Assembly: GCF_009914755.1 (NCBI RefSeq)
Contig: NC_060933.1
DNA length: 64,000 nucleotides
Source of the DNA: the human T2T-CHM13v2.0 reference genome, Homo sapiens
Reading direction: 5' to 3' (one strand)
The translations under genes were made by a program, and so were the position numbers. The notes under the pieces are model-generated. The model did not search any database. It worked only from the letters and a program-made list of their open reading frames with translations, and had not been told where the DNA came from. Shown here piece after piece: positions 28,786-45,726 of this stretch (the stretch's first letter is position 1; each line of letters starts with the position of its first letter).

Positions 28786-28960
28786 TGTATTTTGAGTTTG
28801 TTTACTATTTCATTGGTCTTGCTCCTGTCTTTTTTATTTTCTAACTTCTAATTTCTATTTCCTAATTTCTATTTTGGTTTATTCTCTGACACATAGATTA
28901 TTTAGAAGTGTACTGTTTAATTTTCAGTCAGTTGAGTGTTTTCTCATTTTTTAAATTGAT

Positions 28961-29480
28961 TATATTAGTTATGTATTGCTGCTGTAACAAATTACCACAG
29001 GTTTAGTGGCTTAGAACAACACAGATTTATTATCTTACCATTCTAGATGTCAGAAATTCAAACTGGGCCTTACTGGGTTAAAAATCAAGGTGTCACCAGG
29101 ACTGCTTTTCTTTTGGTGGATCTAGGAGAGGATCCATTTTTTTAATTTTTTAGTTTCTCAAGGCTGCCCACATTCCTTGGCTGATGACCCCATTCCTCCA
29201 TCTTCAAAGCCACATTGGCTGGTTGAGCCTTTCTCTGTATCACTTATCTGTATAATTCTTACACTCACCCTCCTGACTCCCTGTTTCTCTTATAAGGACC
29301 CTTGTGATTAGATCAGGCCTACCCAGATAATCCAGGATAATCTTCCCATCTCAAGTTCAGCTGATTAGCAATCTTAATTCCATCTACAACCTTAATTCTT
29401 CCTTCTCATGTAACATAACATATTCACAGGTACCAGGCACTAGGATATGGACATCTTTGTGAGGGAGTGCATTATTTTTT
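28961..29480 (-). mobile_element. MLT1-type MaLR solo LTR
   Basis: tattagtt...attgctgctgtaacaaattaccaca...tagtggctt terminus; aaggacccttgtgatta. Confidence 0.75.
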
Positions 29481-30031
29481 TTGGAACTTTATGGCCCAGC
29501 ATATGATTGATTTTGGGAAATGTTCTATGTACATGTGAAAAGAGCACTAACTCTGTCCTTGTTGGATGCAGTGTTTTTTATTTATATATATATCACTTAG
29601 GGCCCATTTTTCAAAGTCTGTTGTTTAGGTCTTATATATCTTTACTGCTCTTTTGTCTGCTCTATCAGTTGTTTTTAAAAGATAAGTTAAAATCCCACTA
29701 TGACTATGGACTTGACTATCTTCCTTTTTAATTTTGTCGATTTTTCCCTTGTATATTTGGAAGCTTTGTTATTAGATGCACACAAGTTTAGCATTGTGAT
29801 ATCTTCCTTTTTGACTCCTTTAACACTATGAAGTGTCCCTCTTTATGTCTAGCAATGCTTCATCTCTTCTTTATCTTTCATGACATTGAACTTTTTAAAG
29901 AATACAAGCCATTTATTTTATAGAATTTGACTCAATTTGTGTTAGTCTTATGTTCCCTCATAATTAGATTCAGGTTTCACATTTTTGGTTGGAATATTAC
30001 ATAAGTAATATGAATCCTTCTAAGGGTATTA

Positions 30032-30378
<347 letters not shown>

Positions 30379-30556
30379 TTATGAGCTCTTGGATCAAATA
30401 TCATTTGCTTTCTCCACTGTATATTTAATATTTTCCCTTTTTGTAAATAAGCAATTTGGAAAAATGATTGCTTATATTAATTTTGAATTAGCATAAATAA
30501 CCACATATCCAAAAATACTTACTCCAGATGTACTTGATTTTTGTTTATGCTTATAG

Positions 30557-30977
<421 letters not shown>

Positions 30978-31529
30978 AAGTTGTTGACTTTTTTTTAAAA
31001 AAAGTGCTCTTTATCATACATCCTTTCTACCAGATTTTTTAAATCTCAAGGTTAGATATTGTTCAGAAATAATAACTATACTCATAATAAAACATTACAC
31101 TAAGAAATACTGAGCCAGAATAGAAGAGCAAAACTTTCATGCAATGTTGATTTAGAATCATGGGATCTTATAGCTCTTCAGAATTTCATCTATTGCCTAG
31201 GGCAAGCATGTATTTTGCAGATGAGAAAATTTTAGTCCTGCTTCTGACTTCTGGCTAACATAACGTCAGTGAAATCCTGATTGACTGGGCCCAGGAGTAC
31301 ATTTAGGGCAGCGGAATGTGTTATATATTCCAGAGATTTCTCTTGATGAAGAGGATATTATCAGTCAGTAGACAAAGAGATGCCACCATGTAGCATGAAA
31401 ACATAAGGAGAAGCTAAGATGAAAGTTCAGGGTTTAATCTAAATGCAGATTGCATGAATAATGTAAGGTCTGGAGAATTATATTAGGGTTATTGACCAAG
31501 AATCCAGGCCCAATAAAAAGGACCAAACA

Positions 31530-31822
31530 GGCCAGGTGCGGTGGCTCACGCCTGTAATCCCAACACTTTGGGAGGCCAAGGCGAGCAGATCAACTGAGGT
31601 CAGGAGTTCGAAACCAGCCTGGCCAACATGGTGAAACCCCATCTCTACTAAAAATATAAAAAAGTTAGCTGGGCATGGTGGTACATGCCTGTAATCCCAA
31701 CTACTCAGGAGGCTGAAGCAGGAGAATTGCTTGAACCCAGGAGGCGGAGGTTGCAGTGAGCCCGAGATCATGCCACTGCACTCCAGCCTCTGCAACAGAG
31801 TAAGACTCTGCCTAAAAAAAAA
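31530..31822 (+). mobile_element. Alu
   Basis: Full sense dimer. Confidence 0.92.
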
Positions 31823-31942
31823 GGAACAAACAGAATGTGAAGTCTAAGGAATAGCGATTCTTGGTGGTGTTAGATCTAGGAAGATTCTTATAATTTGTAG
31901 GTAACAACTGAGTTTGTGATCACACTTCCATACCTGAGGTCC

Positions 31943-32489
31943 TGTTACAGGAAAGGGGTCCCGATCCAGACCCCGTCAGAGGGTTCTTGGATCTTGCACA
32001 AGAAAGAATTCAGGGCGACTTTTGCAGTGCAAAGTGAAAGCAAGTTTATTAAGAAAGGAAAGGAATAAAAGAATGGCTACTCCAGAGACAAAGCAGCCTT
32101 GAGGGCTGCTGGTTACCCGTTTTCTTATGGTTATTTTTTGATGATATGCTAACCAAGGGGTGGATTATCCATGCCTCCCCTTTTCAGACCTTATAGGGTA
32201 ACTTCCCAACTTTGCTATGGCATTTGTAAAATGTCACAGCGCTGGTGGGAGTGTAGCAGTGAGGACAACCAGAGGTCACTCTCGTCTCCATCTTGGTTTT
32301 GGTGGGTTTTGGCCAGCTTCTTTACTGCAACCTGTTTTATCAGCAAGGTCTTTATGACCTGTATTTTGTGCTGACCTCCTATTTCATCCTATGCCTTAGA
32401 ATGCCTTAACCTTCTGGGAATGCAGCCCAACAGCTTTCAGCCTCATTTTACGAGATCCTCTTTAAGATGGAGTTCACATGCCTCTGACA
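31943..32489 (-). mobile_element. MER41-family (ERV1) solo LTR
   Basis: TG...CA termini (tgttacaggaaaggggtcccgatccagacccc...gcctctgaca); flanks gtcc/atcc. Confidence 0.85.
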
Positions 32490-33109
32490 ATCCCTCTGAC
32501 CTAGGTCTTTGTGTTAGTTTTCATGTTTCATGGATGCTCTAACTAAAATGGCTCCTGCTATAATACCATTCCCATCCTCTTAGCCACCACCCATTCTTTC
32601 TATTAGTTGGTGGAAAACTTTATTGAGAAGGGACTTCTCTACGTCCATCTCAGAGGAAACATGTTCCTGTTTTCTAGAACCAACCCCTTTACCACTTCTT
32701 TCAGAAACTTCCCTCATTAGAGGGAGAGCTGAAGATGTCTCCCTTTGAAACTCTAAAAAAAAAAAAAAAAAAAAAAAAAAGAAAGTTTAAGAATCCTTAG
32801 ACTTAGTGATGACTTGTTTTGTTTCTATAAAAATTTATTCTGTGTAACAGCATTTACCGCCTGACTGCTATATTTTTAAGGAAACAATGAAATTTTTTAA
32901 CTCAATTTCCATTTATATGCTAAACCTTGAATATGAGACCTAAGTAACTGCATGAATTAAGGTGTTTACTGCCTCCCGGAATAAACATATGTTAATTACA
33001 GACCAAAAGACCAAAGGAAAAATCCTCCTAACTTTACTTGCCAAACTATAGATAAAAAGAGACAGTGGCAATAACTCAGTCTTTGTTAATGTTTCATCAG
33101 CAATGTACC

Positions 33110-33330
33110 TTGATGTACAAATGTCAGAACTTGGCACTGCCTTTTACGTTTATTGACGTTCCAGTTTAGGCATTCTACTCATCCCATCAGACCATTCCCA
33201 CATGGCAGGTCCAATTGTATCTTGTCTGTTGTCTATATCCACATTGTTTCTTGGTTGGTTACCATCAGTGTAGTGCTAATTTTTACTTCTCATACATTGA
33301 CACTAGTCAGTTGATGAACAACGTATAGAC
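33110..33330 (-). mobile_element. Possible ancient CR1/L3-like reverse transcriptase remnant
   Basis: Frameshifted minus-strand pieces LFIN.L, IQLDL, WEWSD, CQVL occur in the order expected for CR1-clade RT. Confidence 0.4.
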
Positions 33331-33748
33331 ATAATTTTTGCCAACTTCTGCTGACTTTCAGTCAATAACTATCTGACACACTCACCCCAACCCTGATGGG
33401 AATATTCACAGCATTTGAATTTTTCTAAATTGAATTTGGGATGAAAAAAGATTCAGTAGTAATAATCACAATGTGTTTTATGATCACACTTGTTTTAAAT
33501 ACTGGGTATAGACTTCAATCTTAAAATGATGCTAGATATTTGGATTGTGTCTCTGAATAAAAAATTGAGAATCCTAATTTGAATAAACCAATTACAAAAA
33601 TATATTTTTTGAGAAAATTGGGTAAATTTGATTATGAAGTGGTCCTTAGATTTTACTAAGGAATTCCTGTTAATTTTGTTAGTATAATGACATTGTGGGT
33701 ATGCCCATATTATTTACTGATGAATACTTAAACACATAGAGATGAAGA

Positions 33749-34281
33749 TGTTACAGGAAAGTGGTCCCGATCCCGACCCCAAGAGAGGGTTCTTGGCTCT
33801 CTCGCAAGAAACAATTCAGGGTGAGTCTGCAGTGCAAAGCAAAAGCAAGTTTATTAAGAAAGTAAAGTGGTGAAAGTACAGCTACTCCATAGACAGAGTA
33901 GGGCGTTCCCGAAAGTAAGAGAGGAACGTATCCACCCTAAGTACAATACTTGTTTATATACAGGATTAAAAAAAAGATTATGGGGAGATGTGCTGTGCTA
34001 CAAGGGTTTGTGATAAAGGATTCATTTTCTTAATTACTACATTTTTCAAGAATCAATATTATTATCTTCAAAGCAAAATTAGGAATGCCTTTGTTCTCCA
34101 GATATCGGGATATTAGGACTCTCTCAAGTCTGGGTCTGTTTAGTAAACATCAGTATGTTCCCTTAACGGTAAACATCTAGAGGCTAGGAATACCTTTCTG
34201 GGAATGCAGCCCAGCAAGCCCCAGCCTCATTTTCGTAGCCCTCACTCAAGATGGAGTCCTCTGGTTCCAATACCTCTGACA
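33749..34281 (-). mobile_element. Second MER41-family solo LTR (different subfamily) inserted in an old L1M fragment
   Basis: Same terminal sequences, divergent central part. Confidence 0.8.
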
Positions 34282-36066
34282 AAATGATAGGAGTTCCGAG
34301 ATTAGCTATAAAATACTCTAGCAAAAATAAAAAGGAAGGGTCTAGATGAAGCAAATGTAGCAAAAAATTGTTAAATTTAGGTATTGAGTGTATAAGTGTT
34401 TATTATGTTATTCTCTCTACCTTTTTTATGCTTAAAATTTTTCATAATAAAAATATATTTTTTTACATAAAAATATTTAAGATATAATTTTCAATCCAAA
34501 AGCAGCCTAAGAAGTCTAGTTCTTCTCTTTACAAATGAGGAAACAAAAGCCCAGAGAAGTTAAGAGAATGCCCAGGGTCACACAGGTCCCCTGACTCCCA
34601 GATCAGCATTCTTTAGGGTATATTAAGCTACATGTTATTTCCTTTTGTAATATTTGTAGGTAAAGGAATAATTTGGGCCCTATATTTTATAAACTAAATT
34701 TTGTTAATCCTGCTTATATATTATGTGAAGGATACTACCTATTAATAATTATAGAAAAAATGATCAAACTTACCAAATACGTATGTTGTTTGCACATTGA
34801 TTTAAGAAACAGTTTTATTCTATAGGAAACATACTAAGTAATTGATATATGTGTTGTGGAAGGTTACTGAACTGGGAGACATGTTATCTTAGTTCTAGTC
34901 TGCATTCTATAGAAACAATTTACATAACCTTTGGTAAGTTGCTTAACCTCTCTGGAGCTGTTCATCCATTTATAAAATGAAGGTATTGAACTAAATGACC
35001 TCTAAAATTCAATTTAGCTCTACTATTGCATGGTTTAATGACTCTATGATAATTTTTTCCATTAGAGAAAGTACAGTCAAGAAAGGCATTTTAGAACTTG
35101 TAGCAAAATTTTTTTTAATTCTCCTGAATTTAAAAAATGTTATCCACTTATAAATAATGTTTTAAAGTTTATGTAGATGCCTCTCAGATGGTCCCTGAAC
35201 AGTAAGTGGCAAATGAAGCTGTCCTAAAATAGAGGTTCCTTAATTTCAGTGTTTGGGGTTTCTTCCCAAACTCAGTTTCCTTACTAAAGTGATCAAAATA
35301 CTCCTATAGTGAAAAACCTCTTCCTTTTATGTCTTAACTGTGACTGTTAGGTAAGTTTTGAAGATAAATAATTTTTTTTCTATAATCAGATGATTTTCTA
35401 TGTCTAGTCATGCATCCATATAATCATCCTTTTTTCTGCCTCATAAATCATCTGATGTTTTTTCCTAAGACCTTTTATGGGTTTGGCTGGTCAGAGTCAT
35501 CCTGAGAGGAATCAGCATCAGTGGTGGTCATGGGATGGTCATAGATACTAGTTTGGGTCCTATGGAGATAATATTTTTGATAAGCAGCTGTGGTATTGCA
35601 AGCCATACAGCAGTGAATGTCCTGTAATAATAACAATCAGAGCTGACATTTATTAACTGTTTCCTTTGGACCAGGAACATTGCTATCCTCTTTACACTTA
35701 TTTTTCCATTTTCTCCTCATGCCAAGTCTGCAACGTATTACATTGTTTAACAGATGAGGAAAACTGAGGCTTAGAGATATAAAGTAAGTTGTTTAAAAAG
35801 TGATAGTCATCGTTACCATTGTTGGATGGTAGAATTTGGGGGATTTTTTTTACTTCAATTTTTTTTTTTGCAGTGTTTTGAGTTCATAAAATCTATATCA
35901 TTTTGACAAAGTAGTAATTTTTGTTTAAAAAAGGAAATTGTATCTCCCAGATATGAACAGTGGTTAATTCTCAGGGTGGGAATATGGATGATAGCTATTT
36001 TCCTCTGTATATTTACCCAATTTTTTATGTTTCCAAAATTTATGAAGAAATTTTTTTAAAAGAATA

Positions 36067-36683
<617 letters not shown>

Positions 36684-37534
36684 GAATGTGCCGAAAACAG
36701 CACACCTAGAAAGTTGCCATTTGAGATTCAAATATACAACAATATGACAATAATATTCATCGTTTCTAAATAATGTATTTATCAAAACAGTGATGTATAT
36801 ACACTGTACAAAATTTAAAAGGATGTTCACTGAAGACTCAATGTTCCTCCTACCCCTGCCTCTGAGACAGCTACTTTTCCTCCCCCAGAGGCATCACTGT
36901 TAGCAGTTTCTTGGAAAACTTCTGAAAATACATTTTTCATAGATAAACATACAGGGATATATTTTTTATACAAATGGAACATGCCATAATAACTCCTGTT
37001 TCTTGCTTTTTTCTTTGTCTTCATTTGACATCCTGGAGATTGTTTCTTATTTATTCATATATAGCAGTAATGACTGCATATACAGATATCTTCATTATAT
37101 GGATGGCCTGTGCATTGTTTAAGCAGTCCTCTGTTGATAGACATTGAGGTTGTTTCTATTCTTTTGCTATGACTAGCTGTACTTCTATGAGTAGCCTTGT
37201 ACATAAAGCATTTCACATGAGAGCAGATCTATAAGATAAATTCCTAAGAGTGAAACGGCTATGTCAAATGGCATATATACATGAATAATTTTGATAAATA
37301 TTGCCAAATCATCCTCCCTAGAAGTTAAAGTAGTATATGAAAGAGCCTGACTCTCTCTGTCCTTGCTAGTGCAGTGTGTTACTAACTTTTCTGATTTTTG
37401 CAAATCTGATCATCATTGAAAGGTACTCTCTCATGTTAGTCTAATTCATATTTCTCTTAAATGAGTGAGGTTCAACATTTTTATGTGTTAAGAGCTATTA
37501 GTACTCTTCTGGGAACTGTTATCTTTGTCTTTGA

Positions 37535-37823
<289 letters not shown>

Positions 37824-38519
37824 CTTTTATGGTTTCTGAATTTTGTATCCTTTTTTTAGAAAAGACTTCCAACATCATTTTTTAATCTTCCTGGTTTCTT
37901 CTGGTACTTTCATGGTTCCTTTTTAAAATATTTAGATCTTTGCTCTATCCAGAATTTATTTTGGTATAAAATGTGGTTATAAGAATCTCTTTTTTTTCCC
38001 CAGATGGCTACCTGGTTGTCCCATCACTATTTATTTAGTAATCCATCTTTTCTGCAGAAATTTAAAGGGCCATTCTTATCATATACTGAATTTCTCCTTT
38101 TGGAGTTCTGTTTTTTACTTCATAAGCATTAACTGTCAGTAATCATGGGCTCAAATTTACAAATCTCACAATATTTTCACTACCTTTTTAGATGGGGCAG
38201 GAAATTATTTGGCACATGGGAAAGAAGAGAAGTGATCATGTCTTTCCAATAGGCCCCTATTTGTTTGCCAGGGAGTAAAACTCAGGAACTGACATGGTTA
38301 GCAGCACAAAGCACCTGACCCACAGTCATAGTCAACCTTGTTTTGTGCCCCTCGGAGAAAAAAAGAATAGCCCTGTTATAGAGAAGGTGGCTTTGCCTGG
38401 GGAATATTCCACATCTTAGAATGAAGTTTCCTTCTGCTGCATAATAATATTTTCAGTTTAACTGTGCCTTAAATTACATTCTAAAATTAAAAAAAAAAGA
38501 AATCTTCCTCCCACTTCAG

Positions 38520-38732
38520 ATACACACCCCTTGATTATGCTTTGCTTGGTGAGCGCCATGAAGTGATCCAGTTCATGTTGGAGCACGGTGCCCTGTCCAT
38601 CGCAGCCATACAAGACATCGCCGCCTTCAAAATCCAAGCTGTCTACAAAGGGTACAAGGTCAGAAAAGCCTTCCGAGACAGGAAAAATCTCCTCATGAAG
38701 CATGAACAGTTGAGAAAAGATGCTGCTGCCAA
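38520..38732 (+). CDS. INVS: INVS coding exon 12 (213 nt), last ankyrin repeat and IQ motif 1 (IQAVYKGYKVRK)
   Basis: cacttcag|A acceptor, CAA|gtaagt donor; phase 2 to 2. Confidence 0.97.
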
Positions 38733-39149
38733 GTAAGTATGAGCTACGCAGATTGCGTTTTCGCCACCCAGAATCAGGGTGGAAGTGGGGGTGTGGGGGG
38801 TGCTGGGGTGGCCAGGAGAGGGAAACAGATGAGAATCTGAATTACTGTTGGTCCCTGCAACCGGTCATCTTCCCTCTTCTCAGCACTCCGTCTTCTGGAA
38901 CCGAGGCTGCAGTGAAGGACAGAGGCCTAACCTCTGCTGGGTAGTGATTCCTCTAGACTAGTCCCAATGTTTCAGCCCAGGGACAAACCACTCCCACCCA
39001 TGGGAGGGAGTTGGGGATGGGATTGCTTCCTAGAATAAGCTGTAAAGAAATAACTGCTCCTCTTACCCTTCCTCTCTTTCCAAAAGAAACATGCCAATAT
39101 CTAGCCTACTTTCACTAGACCAGTCTAAGTCTGGTTTTAATTTGATTAA

Positions 39150-40445
<1,296 letters not shown>

Positions 40446-40679
40446 TGGGCAGATTCTTGAAAGATAACTTCCTGGCTGTATCTCGAATGTTTCTAAATCT
40501 TGAGTCCTTCTAACTCTTAAATCCTACATCTTACCCACAAGGGGGAAGCATAAGTGTACTAAATAATCATTAAAAGTAATAATAAGAGGCAAGATAAGTC
40601 ATTTTAATGAGAAGTTAAATACCACTATGTACTGGAATGCTAATCATCATGTCAGCCTTCAGTAAATAGAGAAACATAC

Positions 40680-40914
40680 CATTTTCTGTGACTCTAAAGC
40701 TACTGAAGTAGATGGCATCCGAGGAAATACTATGTTGTACTCTTCTCTTAATGATGCCCTCTTCCTTTCACTTTTGCCAAAGAATCCAGTATCAACATAA
40801 AGCCTCTACACCCCTCTTTTTCCAGCCTTCTTATAAAAGTTCTCTGCATGTGAGTGGCAAGCATAAGTAGATAATACACATGACAAATTATCCTGAGTTG
40901 CAAGTAAATGATCT
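40680..40914 (-). pseudogene. Candidate decayed antisense exon (235 nt, phase 2 to 0)
   Basis: ccatccctttacag| acceptor, ATG|gtatgt donor; DHLLATQDNLSCVLSTYACHSHAENFYKKAGKRGV*RLYVDTGFFG...SQKM, one TAG. Confidence 0.6.
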
Positions 40915-42161
40915 CTGTAAAGGGATGGAATGTTGTATTTCCTTCTACTGATGTTTCCATAAACTCCAGTTTATTGTGTGACAATCTATTTTCAAAATTT
41001 GTAGTCATACCTACTTGAATATAAGGTGGGACTCAACAAAGGCAACACAACTGACTTTGTATGTCCCCTAAAGGGAGGCTGTAGATCTCTAAGAGATATA
41101 CTTAAGTGGTGGAGAAACTGATTTCATTTGTTCTATTTCTCAAAAGTTATTTCTTAAAATCTGAGTCAGTGTTTAATTTTGCGTTTAATTCTTGCTTGAA
41201 GAAACAAACATCAGGATGCTAAACTCAGTCCTTGCTGCTGCTGCCTCATTGACTAAGCTGGCCCAGGCACAGCATGTCACCTCGGTGTACCTTTCCCAGT
41301 TTATTATGTTAGGATGGCAGAAATCATTTTCCTCAAAATGAGGATGTGAAAGGCACTTATTAAACTTAAGTAAAGTGATTTCTAATTTACTGAAAGAGAA
41401 ACCGGGAGAGAAAAAGTTATAGCGATATTTACTAAGACAGGTAATGTTAGAAAATGCTATTTAAGGAATATCTATAATCAATTTGAAAGCACTTTATAAT
41501 TCACACTGCACTGCCTATGTTGTTGCCAAAATGAACATTACTATAATTTACCTGCCAAAGCACACGGTTGAGTGTACACTAAAATAAAACCATATTTATG
41601 TTGATCACCCTTCTTCCCTGAAGCTCCCTTTTTGCCAGGTTCTTATTTCACTCAAATCTCAGATCTCCTGTAACTCTCTGATTCTCCCTTCTCACATCTT
41701 TTAAATTATTCCATCTCCACACTGCAGTCAGCCTTGAAGGCAAACTTTTTAGACTTCTGCTCATGCTATACTTTTTTCCATTGAAAATGTATCTACTCTT
41801 AAATTTTAAATTAATTCATCTCTGTAGATAGCCCCCTAATCTGTCTCACATCCTGACCTCCTGGAACTCTAATCTCATATCTTCAGTTGCCTACTGGGCA
41901 TTTCTGCTATGCTTTTGTCACTTGCCAACACTTTAGATCATTGGACGTTTCCATTTGCATGTCCTGTTTTCACTATAACTTCAGACTCTGCAACACACCG
42001 ACATGCAAATGGAAGCAGCCCATCACCACAGTCTGTCTCTCTTCTGGCCTTTTTATGTGCTTGCTAGTGCTGCTACCACTGATTGTATGCATTCCCCCTT
42101 TGATAGCCTTTTGCTTTCATTCTTCTGTGCCACCACCACTCTATACAAACCCTCGTTCTTC

Positions 42162-42444
<283 letters not shown>

Positions 42445-42596
42445 CCCCTCATTCTTAAATACCAGCCATGGTGCTCTGTAAGATCCTTCAACATTTCTTT
42501 CACTTCCACTTACATTTCTAAGTCTCATTTCTCTCCACTACCACCACCCTCTCACCTGATGTCTCAGCCATCCTGAACTTTCTTCACTTCACTTAC

Positions 42597-42800
42597 TGGG
42601 AGACCTGAGCTCCTTCCTGGCTAGTATATGTGATTATGTTTCTAAGAGTTTCATCGTCACGTCCAGTTTTGGTAACCCAGTTCAAACTCTTGTGATGCTT
42701 AAGTCCCTTCTACGAGAGATTGTTCTGTGTCCCCAAAAAGTCAAGTGCAAGAAGTCCTGTACCTCTCAAGATAGCATATTCCATTAGTGGAGGGCTCTGT
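42597..42800 (-). pseudogene. Candidate decayed antisense exon (204 nt, phase 2 to 2)
   Basis: cttttgctag| acceptor, CCA|gtaagt donor; QSPPLMEYAILRGTGLLALDFLGTQNNLS*KGL...GAQVS, one TAG. Confidence 0.6.
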
Positions 42801-43605
42801 CTAGCAAAAGTTCTTTTCTACCCTTTGGTCTTGAAGCTACCCCTGGAAGCCAAAGAGAAAAATCTAAATCCTTTTTCATAAACCAACTTTCAGATTTTTA
42901 AAAAACTGCTCATAACACTTCCATTGCTACTGCTCATCTCCTTTTCACTTGGTAATTAGTCAATGCTCCCGTGAACATCACCAGATTGTTAATGGTTGGC
43001 CCATGTGTCTGACTCATCTGCTCACAAAGTCATCTGGCCCATGGGGAATTACTTCCATAGTTCTATTTCATGCCATTCCACTTCTCTGAGCCTCAGATTT
43101 TCATCAGTAAAATGGAAAGAGGTTTTCTTAATTCAAGATGGGCTTCAGGGATCCATGGGTACCTGAAATTGTACACAGCATTTTGTGTGTCAGGAGCACA
43201 TATGCATTTCGTGGGAGAGGATCTATAGATTTTTTTTTATCACATTCTCCAAAGGGGGTCCATGAGTCACACACAAAAAGACAAAAACCACTGGACTAAA
43301 TGATCTCTAACGTCCCTCCCAGCTCTAACATTCTGTAAGTCAAAGGTCCTAAGACACACGACATTTTCTTATTCCCTTGAGAGGGAGTTAAAGATCAACT
43401 ATTTCTATGCCTGTTATTCAGTGACAATGAAGAGATAAAAATCTGACAAACCCCTAGACACCATGCAACACCAACTGAAAAGGTTAGAGCTAAATCTTTT
43501 TTGTCTCATGAGGTAATATTTTCCTCTCACTGGAAATGATCCAACAGAAGTGGAATTATCATCTCTCCACAATCGTATATAAGGAATTTTTTAAATTATG
43601 TGAAG

Positions 43606-43895
43606 ATGCCTATAATCACAGCACTTTAGGAGGCCAAGGCAAGAGGATCGCTTGAGCCCAGGAGTTTGAGACCAGCCCAGCAGTTCAAGACATAGTGAGA
43701 CCACGTCTCTACAAAAAAATTTTAAAACTAGCCAGTGTGTAGTGGCTTATACCTGTAGTCCCAGCTACTAGGGAGGTGGGAAGATCACTTGAGCCAGGGA
43801 GGTTAAGGCTGCAGTGAGCTACATCACACTATTGCACTCCAGCCTGGAAGACAGAGAGAGAGACCCTGTCTCAAAAAAAAAAAAAAAAAAAAAAA
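43606..43895 (+). mobile_element. Alu (AluJ-like, 5' trimmed)
   Basis: Sense dimer with A tail. Confidence 0.85.
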
Positions 43896-44582
43896 ATTTA
43901 TGTGAGGAGCTGGTCTCTGAGATCTCTTCTGAGTCTCTGCTCATGCATACTTCTCCCTCTGCCTGAAATAACCTCTCAGTTTATTCCTCTCTCATTCTTC
44001 ATATGCAGCCTTTTTCTCCCCATTTAATTAGTGAGTGTCTCCCACATCCTCCCATAGCCCTATATAGTTACTTCTCCTTTAGCACTCATCACATCTAGAA
44101 CTCACTGTTGGCAGGAGTGTATGGGTCTGATTCCCTGACTCGATTGTCAGTTTCTTGAGAACAGGGACTGTGTGTTATGTACCTCCACATCTCTAGTACC
44201 TTAGAATGTTTGGTATATAGTAAGCATTCAATAAATAAATGTTCAGTAAATTCCCCTACAAAGGGTCTAAAACCTTACATAAGCCATTGATCACTGTAGG
44301 CCTTAGTTTCCCCATCTGTCAAACGGAAGGGTTAGACCAAATACTCTCTTAGGTTTCTTTCAGTTCTTATACGTGACTCTCCGTAAGTGTAGAACTTTAA
44401 CTTGTTTGCCTTGCTCAAGGCAGCAAACACATTATATACCACTCATCCTCACAATGCTCTTTGACACTTACATATTCCTTTTGTTTTCCAACTCCCTGAA
44501 TATTGGTGATGAGAAAATTATCATTTGACAGATTATAACAGTCTGTGTTCTGATTTTAAAAAGAAAGAGCAAAGGGGCTCAC

Positions 44583-44759
44583 CGCTGTCCATACTTGAAC
44601 ATGAAACCATGATTCTGTAAACTTCTTAGACTCAAACTGTTTACAAGTCTTATCCCTGCCAGATTTAGAGAATATTGGGAAGAACAAATGCAGGTAAATA
44701 CCGTTTCTTGCTTAGAAGATATAAGGAAGTTTAGCCAAATAGTTGACGTTAATTTGTCT
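44583..44759 (-). pseudogene. Candidate decayed antisense exon (177 nt, phase 2 to 2, fully open)
   Basis: tttttggttcctag| acceptor, GCG|gtgagc donor; frame of ORF 44579..44776. Confidence 0.6.
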
Positions 44760-44985
44760 CTAGGAACCAAAAACATACCCGTAAGAAATGGAAGCCGGAT
44801 TGAATAATGTGGATTTTAGATATTACAAATATAGATAAATATTAAAAAGTAGACATGACAGCTGTCCTTAATCTCATTTCATAAATGTGGAGATGGGCAC
44901 ACAAAGGTTAGCCTGCCTGAAGTCACACAGCTAGTAAGGAAGAGAGATGGCACATGAATCTAAGTCTCAAGGCCAAGCTACCTAC

Positions 44986-45191
44986 CATTACTTGGTTCAA
45001 GGGAATCCTTCTACCAGCCAAGCCCATACTAGAGGCTGTCCCCAGATGCTAGCAACCATCTGATTGAATAACCATCTGTATCATTCAATTATGCCACTGT
45101 TGATCCCATTCGTTGTTAAGAGAGTGGTGCCAAGCCACCATTATCAATTCTATAATATAATTCAATAACGCTCTTCCTATTACCCTCAAAA
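44986..45191 (-). pseudogene. Candidate decayed antisense exon (~206 nt, needs one frameshift)
   Basis: gctctgttctgttag| acceptor, ATG|gtaggt (or CAA|gtaatg) donor; FEGNRKSVIELYYRIDNGG then shifted YRWLFNQMVASIWGQPLVWAW. Confidence 0.5.
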
Positions 45192-45726
45192 CTAACAGAA
45201 CAGAGCACACCAATATTCTCCTAAATCCTTGAGAAAGTTACAAATATTGATTGGTCCCTAGCCTACACCAGGACAATTAACTAGAATGGCAGCATTTAGG
45301 CAAAGCTGGGTTAAATCAGTATGACAGGACACACTAACTAGACTTCTCTTTTCTGTGGAAGCATTTTAATCACATCTCTCAGACCTCACTAGGTGTTGTA
45401 TTCATGGCAATGGAAACCTGAATATTCATGGGATGGGAAAGAGCCTGCCTGGTTCTGCAGTGTCTGATAGAATTAATTTCTTCGTGTCAAAAGTGGGCAA
45501 ATAGAACTCTCTTGTGGGTCGCAGTATTTAGAAGGCACATAGTGGGGTAGAAAAAATATCAACTTCCATAACTCCAACTGTGCAGGGCCAGAGTCGAGAG
45601 TTTGCCATATTGTGCAAACAAATACATCCACTCCTGAGATGCTGAAACCATCGTACGTTCAAGTCATTTAAGTTACTGCCCTTGATCAGCTTTTGTTAAA
45701 ATTTGTTAAAATTTCTGATCACTCAC

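Noticed and set aside
31943-34281. Two same-orientation MER41 LTRs as the ends of one provirus
   Set aside because: Their central parts differ, the second sits inside an L1M fragment, and the 1.26-kb gap is not ERV internal sequence.
41250-41420. Strong minus-strand acceptor at 41390 as another relic exon
   Set aside because: It leads into stop-rich, MIR-like sequence with no clear donor.
45043-45089. Two adjacent short inverted repeats (cagatg/catctg, attgaat/attcaat) as a structured RNA
   Set aside because: 6-7 bp stems are expected by chance; no snoRNA or miRNA hallmarks.
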